Below are positions 32,880-47,149 of a stretch of DNA of 64,000 nt, one piece after another; positions within the stretch are counted from its first letter, which is position 1, and each line of letters begins with the position of its first letter. This DNA is from the human T2T-CHM13v2.0 reference genome, Homo sapiens. The stretch lies in NCBI RefSeq assembly GCF_009914755.1, contig NC_060947.1; one strand, written 5' to 3'. Under the pieces are notes generated by a model. It had not been told where the DNA came from and ran no database searches. It saw only the letters and a program-made list of their open reading frames with translations. Position numbers and translations under genes: made by a program.

Positions 32880-33955
32880 CTTGAATGCACACTTTCCCTC
32901 TCCCTCATTCCCCATCCAATCAGCTAGCACCTCTTGACAGCTTTATACACTAACCTTTAATTAAGTCCATTGCTTCTTCCAATTTTATTCCCATCCCCAT
33001 GGTCCTAATTCAGGCTCTCATCATCTTTTCTTCATTTATAATATTTGCAGTTTAACTGATTCCCCTGCTCCTTGACTATAATTTCACTCTTCCTTGCCTT
33101 AGGCCTTCCAGACAGACCTGTTTTTTTCCAACATACATCACAGATTTTATGATTTAATGAGTGTGCTTTATTATATTCCCTTTCCCAGAAATGTTATTTC
33201 TGTGCCTAGCATGCCAGTGTCTTCTGCCAGTCCTTTACAAAATACCTACCCCAACTCCATTCCCTACACCTTGGCTCAATGAGTGACCTGTTTAACCCCT
33301 CATCATCTTTCCAGGCTCGGTTTTCTCTTCCAGGTTCCCCAACTCCTATTCTAGGTTATATTCTCAAATCAAACCCCAGATACCTCTGTTAGTTCATTTA
33401 CTATGTTATACTCAAAGACTTTCAGTGACTTACAATTACCTTAGAATAAAATCCAATCTTTTTACATTGGTTTACAAAGCTTTACACAATCTGACCTTTG
33501 CATACTTCTTCAGAATCTATCATAGTCTACTAATGCTTGCCTTCTTTATATTATTTACTTGTGTATCCAGCAAGGCTATTCATGCATTGGGAGCTTATCA
33601 CTTTAGCTCTTCCCTGTGCCAGGAATGATATTTTTTCTGTTCTTTACATTGCCCACTCCTTCTTGTCATTAAGGCTTACAATTAAATGTCACCTTCTGAA
33701 AGAGTCCTCTTTTAATAACTCCAGTTTAAATACTTACCCAGTCATTACCACATCTCTTTCATTTTCTTCATAACACTCAACACAAGGGATAACTAATTAG
33801 GCTATTGTTTGCCTCACTCCATTAAAGCATAACCCTCAAACAACAGGGAAACTATGCTTGTCTCATCTATCACTGTTTCCTCAGGATCTGGAAAATTTCC
33901 TGACAAATAGTAGCCTATTAGTAAATATTTGGTGAATGAATAAATGAATAAATGT
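32880..33955 (+). mobile_element. L2 fragments
   Basis: 'cttagaataaaatccaatctt', 'aaatgtcaccttctgaaagag', 3' end 'aaatatttggtgaatgaataaatgaataaatg'. Confidence 0.7.
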
Positions 33956-34100
33956 CTTTGTCTCTGATATGGTTATACATTTCTCAAAACTAGAGCTTGT
34001 GCCTTAATCTGAGATCCCTCTGTTTATCACTACCTCCAAACTAAAGTGCCCCCAATAGTGAATAGGTTCAAAAATATTCTATGATTTGACTGCTCTATTT

Positions 34101-37100
34101 TTAATTTTTTTTAATTTTTAATTTTTCTGAATATGTAGGTGTATATGTTTATGAGGTATATGCGATGTTTTGACACAGTCATGCAATGCATAATAATCAT
34201 ATCATGGAGAATGGGAATCTATCCCCTCAAGCATTTATCTTTTCTGTGACAAACAATCCAAATATAATATTTTAGCTATTTTAAAATGTACAACTAAGTT
34301 ATTATTGACTATAGTCACCCTGCTGTGTTATCAAATATTAGGTCTTATTCATTCTTTCTAACTAATTTTCATACCCATTAACCATCCCCACTTCCACCCA
34401 ACTACCCACTATCCTTCCCAACCTCTGGAAACCATCCTTCTACTCTCTGCGACCATGAATTCAATCGTTTTGATTTTTAGATCCCACGAACAAATGAGAA
34501 CATTAGATGTTTGTCATTATGTGCCTGGCTTATTTCACGTAACATAATGATCTTCACTTCTGTTAATGCTGTTGCAAATCACAAGATCTCATTTTCTTTT
34601 ATGGTTGAATAGTACTTCATTGTGTATATGCACCAAATTTTCTTTATCCATTCATCTGTTGATGAACACTTAGGTTGCTTTCATATGTTAGCTATTGTGA
34701 AAAGTGATGCAGTAAACATGGGAGTGCAGATATCTCTTTGATATGCAGGTCTTCTTTGTTTTGATATATACCCAGGAGAGTATATTCAATCGCCAGAGGG
34801 ATTGCTGGATCATACAGTAGCTCTGTTTTTAGTTTTTTGAGGAATCTCCAAACTGTTCTCCATAGTGGTTGTACTAATATACATTCCCCCCAGCACTGTA
34901 TGAGAATTCCCTTTTCTCCATATCCTCATCAGCATTTCTTACTCCCTGTATTTTAAATATAAACCATTTTAACTGGGGTGCGATGATATCTCAGTGTCGT
35001 CTTGATTTGCATCACTCTGATGATCAATGATGTTGAGAACCTTTTCATATGCCTATTTGCTATTTGCATGTCTTCTTTTGAAAAGTATCTCTTAAAATCT
35101 TTTGCCTTTTTATATTGAATTATTATATTTTTTTTCCCTACACAGTTGTTTGAACTCCTTATTCTGGTTATTAATCCCTTGTGAGATGGTAAGTTTGTAA
35201 ATATTTTCTCTCATTCTTTGGGTTGTCTCTTCACTTTACCGATGCTTTCCTTAGATGTGCAGAAGTTTTTAACTTGATGTGATCACATTTGTCTACTTTT
35301 GCTTTGGTTATCTGTGCTTGTGGGGTATTGCTCAAGAAATTTTGCCCAGACCAATGTCCTAGACATTTTCCCCAATGATTACTTGTAGTAGTTTCATTGT
35401 TGGAGGCCTTAGATTTAAGTCTTTAATATATTTTTATTTGATTTTTTGTGTATAGTGAGATACAGGGGCCTAGTTTCATTATTCTACATATGGATGTAGT
35501 TATTCCAGCACCATTTATTGAAGAGATTGTCTTTTCCCCAGTGTACATTCTTGACACCTTTGTCAGAAATGAGTTCTCTGTAAGTGTGTGGATTTCTTTC
35601 TGAGTTATCTATTCTGTTTCATTTGTCTGTGTGTCTGTTTTTATGCCAGTAACATGTTATTTTGGATACTATAGCTCTGTAGTATAATTTATATAACAGG
35701 TAATGTGATAGTATGGTATAAAAGGTAAGGTGACTCCTATATTCTTTTTGCTTGGAATAGCTTTAGCTATTCTGGGTCTTTTGTGGTTCCATATAAAATT
35801 TAGAACTTTTTGTTTCCTATTTCTGTGAAGAATGTCATTGGTATTTTGATAGGGATTGCATTAAATTTGTAGATTGCTTTGGGGAGTATGGACATTTTAA
35901 CAATATTGGAATATTTATCCAATTTTTTGTGTTTTCTTCAATTTCTTTTATCAGTGTTTTATACTTTTTATTATAGAGATCTTTCATTTATTTTGTTAAT
36001 TCCTAGGTATTTAATTTTATGTGTAATTATTATAGATAAGAATAGTTTTTAATTTCTTTTTCACATTGTTTACTGTTGGCATATAGAAATGCTACTGACT
36101 TTTGTATTTTCATTTTGTATCCTGAAACTTTACAGAGTTCATTTATCACTTCTAATTGTGTGTGTGTGTGTGTGTGTGTGTGTAGTCTTTAGGTTTTTCC
36201 AAATATAAGATTGTATCATCTGCAAATGAGGATAATTGAGTTATTTAATTCCATTTTGGATGCCATTTAATTCTTTCTCTTGTCTGATTGCTCTAGCTAG
36301 GAATTCTAGTACTGTGTTGAATGACAGTGGTCAAAGTGGGCATTCTTGCCACGTGCCAGATTCTAGAGGAAAAGCTTTCAGTTTTTCTCCATTCAGTATG
36401 ATTTTGTTTCCTGCTTTTAATTTTTTGTGTAAACGTTGCATGCTCTTTGGTTTGCGTTTACCATAAAACTTTCAAATATTTTCTTATGACCCGTTATTTT
36501 ATTCTGATAACAACTTTACACAGTTTGCACAAAAATAAAACAAGTAAAATGATAACTGATAAAAACTCTACACCTTAACTTTGTTCACCTGCTTTTTAAC
36601 TTTTTGCTTTTTCTGTTTATGTCTTACTGTACTGTTTATTTCTTGAAAAGTTGTTGTAGTTATTATTTTCAATTGGTTCATTGTTTAGTCTTTCTACTTA
36701 GGATAAGAGTAGTTTAAACATCACATTACAGTATCATAATATTCTTTATTTATCTGTGTACTCACGATTGCCAGTGAGGTTTGTACCATCAGATGATTTT
36801 TTGTTGCTCATTAATGTCCTTTTCATTCTGATTGAAGTACTCTCTTTAGCATTTCTTGTAGGACAGGTCTGGTGTTGATAAAAATTCCCTCAGCCTTTGT
36901 TTGACTGTGATAGCCTTTATTTCTCCTTCATGTTTGAAGGACATTTTGCTGGTTATGTTGTTCTTGAATAAAAATTGTTTTGTTTTTATTTTTCCCTTCA
37001 GCACTTTAAATTTATCATGCCACTCTCTGCTGACCTGTAAGGTTTCTTTCTTGTTTGTTTGTTTTGTTTTGTTTTTATTATACTTTAAGTTCTGGGGTAC

Positions 37101-39989
37101 ATATGCAGAATGTGCAGTTTTGTTACATAGGTATACATGTGCCATGGTGGTTTGCTGCACCCATCAACCTGTCATCTACATTAGGTATTTCTGCTGATGC
37201 TATCCCTCCCCTTTCCCCCCACCCCTGACAGGCCCTGGTGTGTGATGTTCCCCTCCCTGGGTCCATGTGTTCTCATTGTTCAACTCCCATTTATGAGTGA
37301 GAACATGCGGTGTTTGGTTTTCTGTTCTTGTGATAATTTGCTGAGAGTTATGGTTTCCAGCTTCATCCAAGTCCCTGCAAAGGACATGAACTCATCCTTT
37401 GTTATGGCTGCATAGTATTCCATGGTGTATGTGTGCCACATTTTCTCTATCCAGTCTATCACTGATGGGCATTTGGGTTGGTTCCAAGTCTTTGCTATTG
37501 TGAATAGTGCTGCAATAAACATACGTGTGTATGTGTCTTTATAGTAGAATGATTTATAATCCTTTGCATATATACCCAGTAATGGGATTGCTGGGTCATA
37601 TGGTATTTCTAGTTCTAGATTTCTATTGAAAAGTTTTCTGCCAGATGTATTGGAGCTGTATTGTATGTTGTCTCTTCTCTATTGCTGCTTTTAGGATACT
37701 TTCTTTATCCTTGATCTTTGGGAGTCTGATTATTAAATGGCTTTAGGTAGTCTTCTTTTAGTTAAATCTGCTTGGTTTTCTATCACTTTCTTGTATTTAG
37801 GTATTGTGTCCTTGTCATTGTCTGGGAGGGTCTCTGTTATTACCCCTTTGAATGAACTTTCTACTCCTATATATTTCTCTACTTCCTGTTTAAGGTCAAT
37901 AACGCCTAGGTTTTCCCTTTTGAAGCTATTTTCTGGATTCCGTAGGCATGCTTCATTTTTTTTTATTCTCTTTACTTTTGTCTTCTTTGATTGTAGATTT
38001 TCAAATAGTCTGTCTTCAAGTTCACTGATTTTTATACTGCTTGATTGATTCCACTATTAAAAAGCTCTGATGCATTCTTCAGTATGCCAAATGTGTTTTT
38101 CATCGTCAGAATTTCTGCTTGATATTTTTAAATTATTCAATCTCTGTGTTATATTTATCTGATATAATTCTGATTTCCTTGTGTGTTATCTTGAATTTCT
38201 TTGAGTTTCCTCAAAATAGGAATTTGAATTCTCGGCTGAAATTCATATATCTCTGTTTCTCTAGGATTGGTCCCTGGTGTGTGTTCATTTGGTGAGATAT
38301 TCCTGGAGAGTGTTGATGCTAATAGATGTTCTTTGGTGTCTGGGCATTGAAGAGTTATGTATTTAATGTAGTCTTCACTGTCTGGGATTGTTTGTACCCA
38401 TCCTTCTTGGGAAGCCTTTCCCGATATTTGAAAGTACTTTGATGTTGTGATCTAAGCTGTATCTACTTTTACTTTAGGGGGTACCCCAAACCCAGTAACA
38501 CTGTGGTTCTTGCAGACTCATGGAGATACTGCCTTGATGGTCTTGCATAAGATCCAGGAGAATTCTGTGGATTACCAAGTGAAGACTGTTGTTCTCTTAA
38601 CTCACTTTCTCTCAAAAAAAAAAAAAAAAAAAACAGTCTCTCTCTCTGTTCTGAACCATTTAAAGATTGGATTGGAGTGACACAAGCACCCCTGTGGCCA
38701 TCACCACTATGAATATGCTGGATCAGACCAGAAACCAGCCCATCCGTGAGTCTCCTCCAAGGCCTACTGTAACCACTTCATAACTACTGCCTATGTTTGC
38801 TGAAGTATATGGGTCTCTACAATCAGCAGATAACAAAGCCAGCCATGTCTGTATCCTTCTCTTATGAGCAGTGAGTTCCCCTATGCCCTGGGTGGGTCCA
38901 GGGTTGCCATCTGGGAGTCAGGGACAAGAGTCAAAAACCTTAGAATTCTACATAGTATTCTATTGTATAGTAACTCAGTTGTCACCCAAACCACAAGATG
39001 CAGTCCTTCTCAATCTTCCCTCCCCTTCCCAAAGGCAGAGGAGCCTCACTTGTTATCCCTGACACTCCAGGCCATGGAGAGTACTTCCAGACTACCACTG
39101 ATGTTCCCTTAAATCCCAAGGACCACTAAGTCAGCTTGTGCTGAATGCTGCCTGGCCTGGGGGTCACTCTTTGAGGTAGTGGGCTCCCCTCTGACTCAGG
39201 ACAGGTTGCGAAATGCCTTGCAAGAGTCAAGTACTGGAATTGGGGGCCCCAAGAGCCTGTTTGCTATTCTACCCCACTGTGGCTGTGCTGGCACCTGAAG
39301 CCAGCAAGTCTCACAAGTCTCAGAGGCTCACCCAAGGCCTTCAAGCAAACCTTGGTTGATATTACTCATGGTTATTCAGAACCCAAGGGCTCTTCAGTTA
39401 GCAGGTGGTGAATGATGACAGAACTGGGTCCTTCCTTTCAAAGCAGCACGTTCCCTTCTGGCTCAGGATGTGTCTAGAAATTTGTGGCCTAGGCTGTCAA
39501 GTTCTCTGAGAGATCTGGAGCAGTTTATCCCTAGGTGTTGTGGTTCGCAGGAACTCAAGTTCTGAGCACTGGGATTGAAGATTCCCCTCTGACTAGGGCT
39601 GGTTTAAATGCTCCCTCCATGAGCAGGTGTCAGCTGAGTTTGGACTGGTTTTCTTTTCTACTATAACAGAACAGTATGGAGTTCAATGCCTCACAATTGC
39701 TGTGCTCTCTCTCCTTCCCCCAGCACCCAGAAATGCTCTTGGCACCATGCTGCTGTTGCTGGGGTTGGGGCTTTCGAGAGGAGTGACATCTGCCATTCAA
39801 TACTGTTTTTGCTATGTCTTCAGTGCCTTTCAGTGATACAAAATTAAAACAAGGACTATGAGGGCTCACCTGATTTTTGGTTCTTATAAAGGTGTTTTTT
39901 ATTGTGTAGATAGCTGTTAAATTGGTGTCCTGGCAGAGGGAATGATTAGTGGAGCCATCTCCTCTACCATTTTGCTCTGCCTCTCTCTC
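34101..39989 (-). mobile_element. L1MA1/2-like element retaining both ends, with an internal deletion near 36400
   Basis: T-rich tail at 34100; GC-richer 5' UTR at 38400-39989; TSD actgctctattt (34089-34100, 39993-40004). Confidence 0.85.
37047..37618 (-). mobile_element. L1PA (PA7-like) 3' fragment nested in the L1MA
   Basis: (TTTG)n tail then 'ttattatactttaagttctggggtac'; ORF 37280-37522 is the ORF2 C-terminus. Confidence 0.9.
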
Positions 39990-40319
39990 TTAACTGCTCT
40001 ATTTCGATAATTTTGGGTAATGGATTGTGCGTACCTAAGATCACATCCATTTGACTAGCTTTGTGATTGTTTGTCTCATATTACTTAAAATCTTAAAGCA
40101 ATATCTTTGGTTTATGAGTCTATTATCTCCTACTTAAAAATACCTATACCCTGATTTTCTTCCTTTATTTCTATCTGAAAAAAAAATCCAAAACTTTTAC
40201 ATGACGAAGGCATGTCCAGTGAGGTTAGCACTGTTTTGGACCACTCAAGGAAATGGGATTGTGACTTTGCAGAGCCAAAAGATTGGTTTCATATAGGTGG
40301 ACTAGAACAATATGTACCT

Positions 40320-40470
40320 ATATAGAAGATAACAGTACTCAGATTTCTCAGTGTCAGAGAAGGGAGTTATAATATATGAAAATATGACAAGAGTGAGACT
40401 AGGAATAAACACTGTAGTTAGGTTTTAGAATGAGAAGTATTGGTGATACTCATAGTTTTAAATATAATAT

Positions 40471-40510
<40 letters not shown>

Positions 40511-41830
40511 ATCCAAAGAGTAATCCTGAGAGCAATGACCTTATCCATAGCCCATATCTTGGCTTGTAATGCCACTCAATACTCTCCAATAAAAGGAACC
40601 AAGGAGATAGAGCTCCTTGGAGAAATGGAAGAGTGGATAGGGCAGAAAAAGTATAAGATGAACCTGGGACATCTTGCTGTGCCAGAAAATAAGAAAATGC
40701 TCAAAGATTGATAATGTCATCTCAAAAAGACACAGGAGCCATCTTGAAGGGACCGTCACTGGACAGAGATGTGACAACCTGAGTTTCAAAATTTGCAATA
40801 ATTAATAAATATATAGATAAAATAAAATAGATGAAATATTCAATCCGTGATACATATTGACATAGAAAAGAAGAAACAAAATAAGAAAACAGGAAAGCAA
40901 GAAGAAGAGTAAGGGGGGAAAGAAGGAAGTAAATAAGGAAGAAAGAAGATTAAAATGGAAGGAAAGGAAGAAGGAAGGATAGTAAAAAGCACTATCACAG
41001 AAAATAATGCCAACTAATAAATATAGAAGCAAGGATGTGATTAGAAAGTCCATACGGCAATCTTTAGAGTAATAATTCAGACAAGAAACATTAGTGAATG
41101 CTAAAACGATTAGGTGAATATTTGATGAGAAGAGAAATATGTACATAATATTAAAGTATTGCTTCAAAAATATACATTAAATACAGTAAGAGCAAGTAAT
41201 TTTACAATGGAGAACTCTGGCAGACTCTACTTTAATGAAGTTATCTAATTAAAATCACCAGTAAAGGCATAAATTAAAATCTTACACTATCTTATAAAAT
41301 ATGATAAGATATACTGAGAAAAACACAGCTTCTTTTCTATTTTATTAATGGCAAAAAGGTGAAACATGAATCTAACCACAAGGAGGCATGAGACAAACCC
41401 AAACTGAGGTATAGTCTATCAAATAAATAGTCTGTAATTTTCAAAACTGTCAAAGTCAAGAAAAGACTGAGGAATTATCCCAGTCTCAGAAAGAGACTGG
41501 AATATAAAGAAAATCACATCTTTAATGCAATGAGCTATCCCAATTTGGATCCTTTATCTATGAAGGATATTATTGAAACAATTGATGGCATTTTAATGTG
41601 GTACATGGGTGAGCTTTAATCTATTAATGTCTTTGCAGTGATTTTGATGTTTCTATTATTATGGCTATATAATAGAGTGTCTTTGTTTATAGTAAATAAG
41701 TATCAATGGATTCCTGTGTAACGTGGTATCAATGTACTCTCAATTGATTAAGGAAAAGAATATTTATAATTCCTTTGCTATTTTTCGTAAGTCTGAAGTT
41801 ATTTATAAAATTAAGAACATTTTCAATAAA
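40320..41830 (+). mobile_element. L1MC-like 3' region
   Basis: 'gaacctgggacatcttgctgtgccagaaaataagaaaatgctcaaag', 'gacaaacccaaactgagg'. Confidence 0.6.
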
Positions 41831-41989
41831 ATTATGGATCATTCACTTAATAATGACTATCTACTATCATCTGAAAGCACCTAGATTTAATCCCTCCCTG
41901 ATTCTTTAGTAACCTTGCTGAATCGAATTTGAAGCTGAATTCAACTTCTTCTTAGGAAGTTTTTTCTCCATAATAATTAAGCACATTTG

Positions 41990-42570
41990 AGGCTCTCTAA
42001 TCTTAAATAAACATGCAACCAACTAAAATTTCCCTAGCTCTACATATTTCTTATTATTCCTATTTTTAACAGCCAGCCTTCTTGAAATATTACTCTATTT
42101 TTTCCTCCTCTTTCCTCAAACGACTTCAAATGAGCTTCCCATCCTACCATTACACGGAAACAACTCTTTATTTGTTAAAGTAGCCAATGACCTTCCAGAT
42201 GCCAAATCCAATGGTGGCTTTCCAGTCTTGTCCCATTTAAAACTACCCATGGTGTGGTAACTAGAGTGATATTTCTAATATCCAAATATGATCAAATTAA
42301 TACGCTTCTTAATAATATCCCATAGCATTTAAAATGAAATCCAAACTCTTGAGCATGGCTTAGAGGATACTTCAATAACTGACACCTGTCTAACTTATCC
42401 AGTTTCCTCTCTTGTTATTCCCTCCTTTCCAACCAGCCCTGCTAAGATTCAAACAGATCATCCTATATTGATAGTCTCTCAGCACTGATCTAATTTGCTG
42501 GCATATATGAGGTTTCAAGCAAATATTTAATTAATGTCTACTATGTGCCCGTGACTATTCTCTGTGTTTG
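41990..42570. mobile_element. L2 fragments
   Basis: 'ccaatgaccttccagatgccaaatccaatgg', 'aaatccaaactcttgagcatggc'. Confidence 0.55.
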
Positions 42571-44375
42571 GAAAATTCATAGAAATAGTCAAATTAATGC
42601 TTATTCAATAACCTAATTTAATTAGGAATCATTTTCGAGTAAAAAATTATGGAAATTTTTTCCTAGTATCACCAAGTTTATTATGGCAAAATGACTTTTT
42701 AAAAGTTAGTATGTTTAAAAAGTCAATATGTTAACATACAAATGACTAAGAGACTCATGCAGCTGTTAAATCACATAAATAGACTCTACTTCGTATACTA
42801 TAACAAGCAGCTATAGACAAAATTCCGTGTTGGTGTTTAATGTAAATGTAGTTAATTATCAAGTAACTCTTTTAAATGAGAATTTGAAACTTATTGTACA
42901 ATAAAGAATTTTTTGCCTCTTTTCTAGAAACCATACCAAAACTAAAAGGAAAATAACAGCAACAAAAATGACCAGAAACACAATATTCAATAAATCTAGA
43001 AGAACTAAGCATGAACCACATTAAAAATAAAATTGAGAAAGTATTAAAGGTAGCAATGAGGAAGGCGGACAAAGCTAAGTTTCATAATTGGATGGGAAAT
43101 GGGGGGAAACTAATATGAAGTGATTTTCCACAGAACCTCAGGAAGACTCAGGCATTAGAATCCCAAATACTTCAGAATGTGTGAGTGATTCCGTGAAGGC
43201 AAAATATAAAAACACTATTTGAATGTCAGAAAAAAAGGATAATTTAGATTTTCACCATATCCAGATGTCCTCTCTCACTGCCAATAATAAAACCTCTCTA
43301 TCCTTAACCCCATGACAGATAAAATTTATTCTCTGGTATGTGTGAGATACTATATGGAAAACAGGGAATGAAGTAAAAGTCTGCATATGGAAAGATGGCA
43401 CTCTTAGTTCCTACCACATCCAGCTGCAAAATGCCACAAGCCAGGTTAATAAGCACAGCCAGATACTGGAAGATTGTTCTCTGAAGCTACACACCTACTG
43501 CCAAGATAATATACAGGCAGTGCCACTTACAGGTACCAAAGTACAAAAAAGTCAGCTTACCAGATGATGGTCATAGCAAACCCCATGATGCAATAAAACA
43601 CAAAAGCTTAATAGAATTCACTTTTAGACATGAATTCACAACAAAACACTAGACATTTCCAGAAAGAATCCAACATGAAAGAAAGAAACAAAAAAAGGAA
43701 GAGAAAAAAAAAGCCCAGAGGAAATATAGGCAATTTAAGGAGGAGAAAAAAATTATTGAGACAATATGTTTAGTAGCATTAATATGTTTAGTGGCATTAC
43801 AAATACTGCATGCAAAAGACAAGAACAGGATAGTTTCAAAAGGAATCATGTAAGAACAAGCATGGGTTTTTGGAAATTAATGCTATGATAGTTGAAATAA
43901 AACATCCAACAGAATAATCTGAATATTAAAATGATGGAATATTCTAAAGATAGTAAGAAAATTATGGTTAGAGCAACTGAAGTGAACAGATAATAAAATT
44001 ATTTATTTGAGGACCAGCTTACAAATAATTGGCATCCCAGAAAAATAAAATCATGTAGGGAGACAATTATTAAAGAAATAATCAAGAACATTTATCAGAA
44101 GTGGAAGATATTAATATCCAGATAGAAATAGCCCTCAGAACAAAATCACATTATTGTGAAATTCAGTACCCTAAGGATTTTTGGAAAAGACTCTAAAAGG
44201 TTGAAAGAAGGTGTAGGTCATTTAAAAGGAGCCAAGATTAAAGATTTTAACAGACTTTCCAAGAGCAACATTGCATTTAGGAAACAATGGGGCAATGCCT
44301 TCATATGTCTGGATAAAAATAATTTTAACAAGGAATTCTAGATTCAGCCACACTACCAATCAAAGATTATTGTAG

Positions 44376-44794
44376 TGTGGTTACTAGCAGAGAGAGATTT
44401 GTTAGACAGACAGATTGGGATATACATGAAAGAGTACATTTAAATATACCATCCCATATCTTTTCAGTTAGTTTCCTGGTTCTGAAACTAGATCAGTTCA
44501 GTTAAACAGCTGTTTTCTGTAACAGGAGGTGGCATGCAGATAGGCTATGTCTCTTTAGTTATAGAGGAGGAAGGTGGTGGCAATCTGACACATTTTTGCC
44601 ACCTATATTATAAGGAATAAACTTAAGCTTGCTGGGCCTCAGTTAACAGGTAGTAGCAATTTCATTGAGTGCAAGACAGAAAAGTGGAGGGAAAATCTGA
44701 AAGCATTAGTTTTGGGACTTGTAGCCCACAAAAAATTCATGATTTAGTTCAAACTGTAGAAAATAATAAAAACTCAAGAACAACTAAAAAAAAA
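44376..44794 (-). mobile_element. ERV1 (MER4-group) internal fragment, inserted in the old L1
   Basis: 'gaaagcattagttttgggacttgtagcccaca...gatttagttcaaactgtagaaaataataaaaactcaagaac' resembles antisense MER4-int (from recall). Confidence 0.55.
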
Positions 44795-45474
44795 GGATGA
44801 TTGCAGAATAGACATTTTTAAATACACAATTATTCAAAAAATATTTATTCTCCATGTATTCCTTATCAGGAAGCTATTGGATTATGTGTGTCAACAAGTA
44901 GAATAAAATAACACAAAAAGAATAAGACCTGATATTATGTTAACAGGGAATGTAGCACAGAAGATAAATAGTTCCCAAGATGAGGGTGAAAGGAAGTCCT
45001 ATGATGTCAAGTGTGCAGCAGTACTAGAGGGCACCCAATAACAAGTAGATCAGTAAGGCTGGTGTCTCTAGGAGGAATGTATCCATGAAGAAAAATAGAA
45101 CTGACATTTTTTTTTGCATATCAAACTGTATGAAAAAATATGTTGAATGGCATCTTACAGAGCTATCTTATTACATGGAAAGACTTTCTGATAAAAATTC
45201 AGAAAAATTCAGAAATTATAACAAAAATGTTGTCTAAGAAAAGAAATACTGCTTAGTACACTATTTGGCTCAGAAGTGAACAATCCTTGCACGGTCATAA
45301 GAAGGAAAATATAAGTATTTAACTGAAATTAAGGAATAATTACAGTCATTGGACAGAGTAAGGAAACTGTTAATAAAATATTCATTTGCCATAACAGGAA
45401 GTTGATGGATACTTTCCAGAATTGAAGACTAAAGAGAGAAAAGTATATACCCATTAATTAGAAATACAGAGATA

Positions 45475-45780
<306 letters not shown>

Positions 45781-46809
45781 CTAAAGAAACAGCTAAAATA
45801 ACTGAAAGCGGTAATATTTGGGGAGTGGAATGTGGTAAGGGGAAGAAAGTTAAAGGAAATGGTGCTTTTTGTTATAAATCTTTAGCATCATTTGACTTTA
45901 AAAACTTTTCTGACATAAAATTGTTTATTAAAATTTTAAAAATGTAAAAGGTCGCTACTATTTGAAAATGTTGTACAGAAATAGACTGATTTGATATAAC
46001 AGAGGGATATGGAAGAAGTGAGGGAAATATGAACTAAGAAAATGATATCTGGGAAAAGCATTATTCTTTTAGAGAGAAGAAAATATTAATAAGAAGAGGA
46101 ATTAAATTTATCAAGACAATAACTACTGAGGAGCAGATTGAATGGAAGAGGAATTATCCCCTATTTTCAATACTTAAGAGAGACCTTTCAGAGACAAGAG
46201 TATCCAATCTCAAATTAATATCACCTAGCTATTTAGTGTTTAAAATATTTTTTTCGTTATTTATTCTCATTCATTTAAATCATTTGGCATATATTGTTTT
46301 ACCAGATCTTAGGTGATAGAAACCATTATAGATACCGAAGACATAGTAGAGAGCAAATATACGCCCAGGCTTTCCCTGCATTAACCTTATGATTTAGCAG
46401 GAAAGGCAGACATTAATTAAATAGTCAACCAAACAAATGTAAAGTTGCAAAATAAGAGAAGTATAATGAAGAAAAACTTGGTTCTTGGTTTTATATTTTC
46501 ACACAACAAAGGACCAAACCTAAACTGGTCTTCTGTATATACAATCTGGAACTTTTAATTTGGTGTGGTCACTGTAACTAGAGTCTTTTCATAACACAAA
46601 TCTGTCTATTCTCCCATCTCAGGGCCTTGGTTCATGACATTACCTCTCTGGGGAATCCTCCACTCCTCCTCAACTAGTTAAATACTGTTTATCTTTTAAA
46701 TGCCAGATTATGGGGTATATTCTCAAAAAGAAAACATATTTTGACTGACTACTATCCTTACCCCTGTGTAGTTGTCCAGGTAATAGACTTGAATGGTTCA
46801 AATTTATTC

Positions 46810-47015
46810 AATATGAATTAAATGTTTATGTTTTCCCCAAATTCATATGCTAAAAATAATAACCCTTAATTTCATGGTATTAAAAAGTATTAGGAGACCT
46901 TTGGGAGGTGATTAGGTCATGAGGGTAGAGCCCTCATGAATGGGATCAGTGACCTTATAAGAAAAGACAGGAGAGTTTCCTCTCCCTTTTGTCATGGGAG
47001 GATACAATGAGAAGA
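46810..47015 (+). mobile_element. MLT1A-like LTR, 5' half
   Basis: 'ctttgggaggtgattaggtcatgagggtagagccctcatgaatgggatcagtg'. Confidence 0.75.
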
Positions 47016-47149
47016 AAGGAAGAAAAGAAAGCATGTTTTTCTTTTGGAACTCAAAAAAGTAATTCTAATCTAAATCTGGAAAATGGAAAAGGGTGTAAAG
47101 ACATTAAGAAAATGAATAGTATAGTGAGTTACATCAGCAAAATAGCAGG

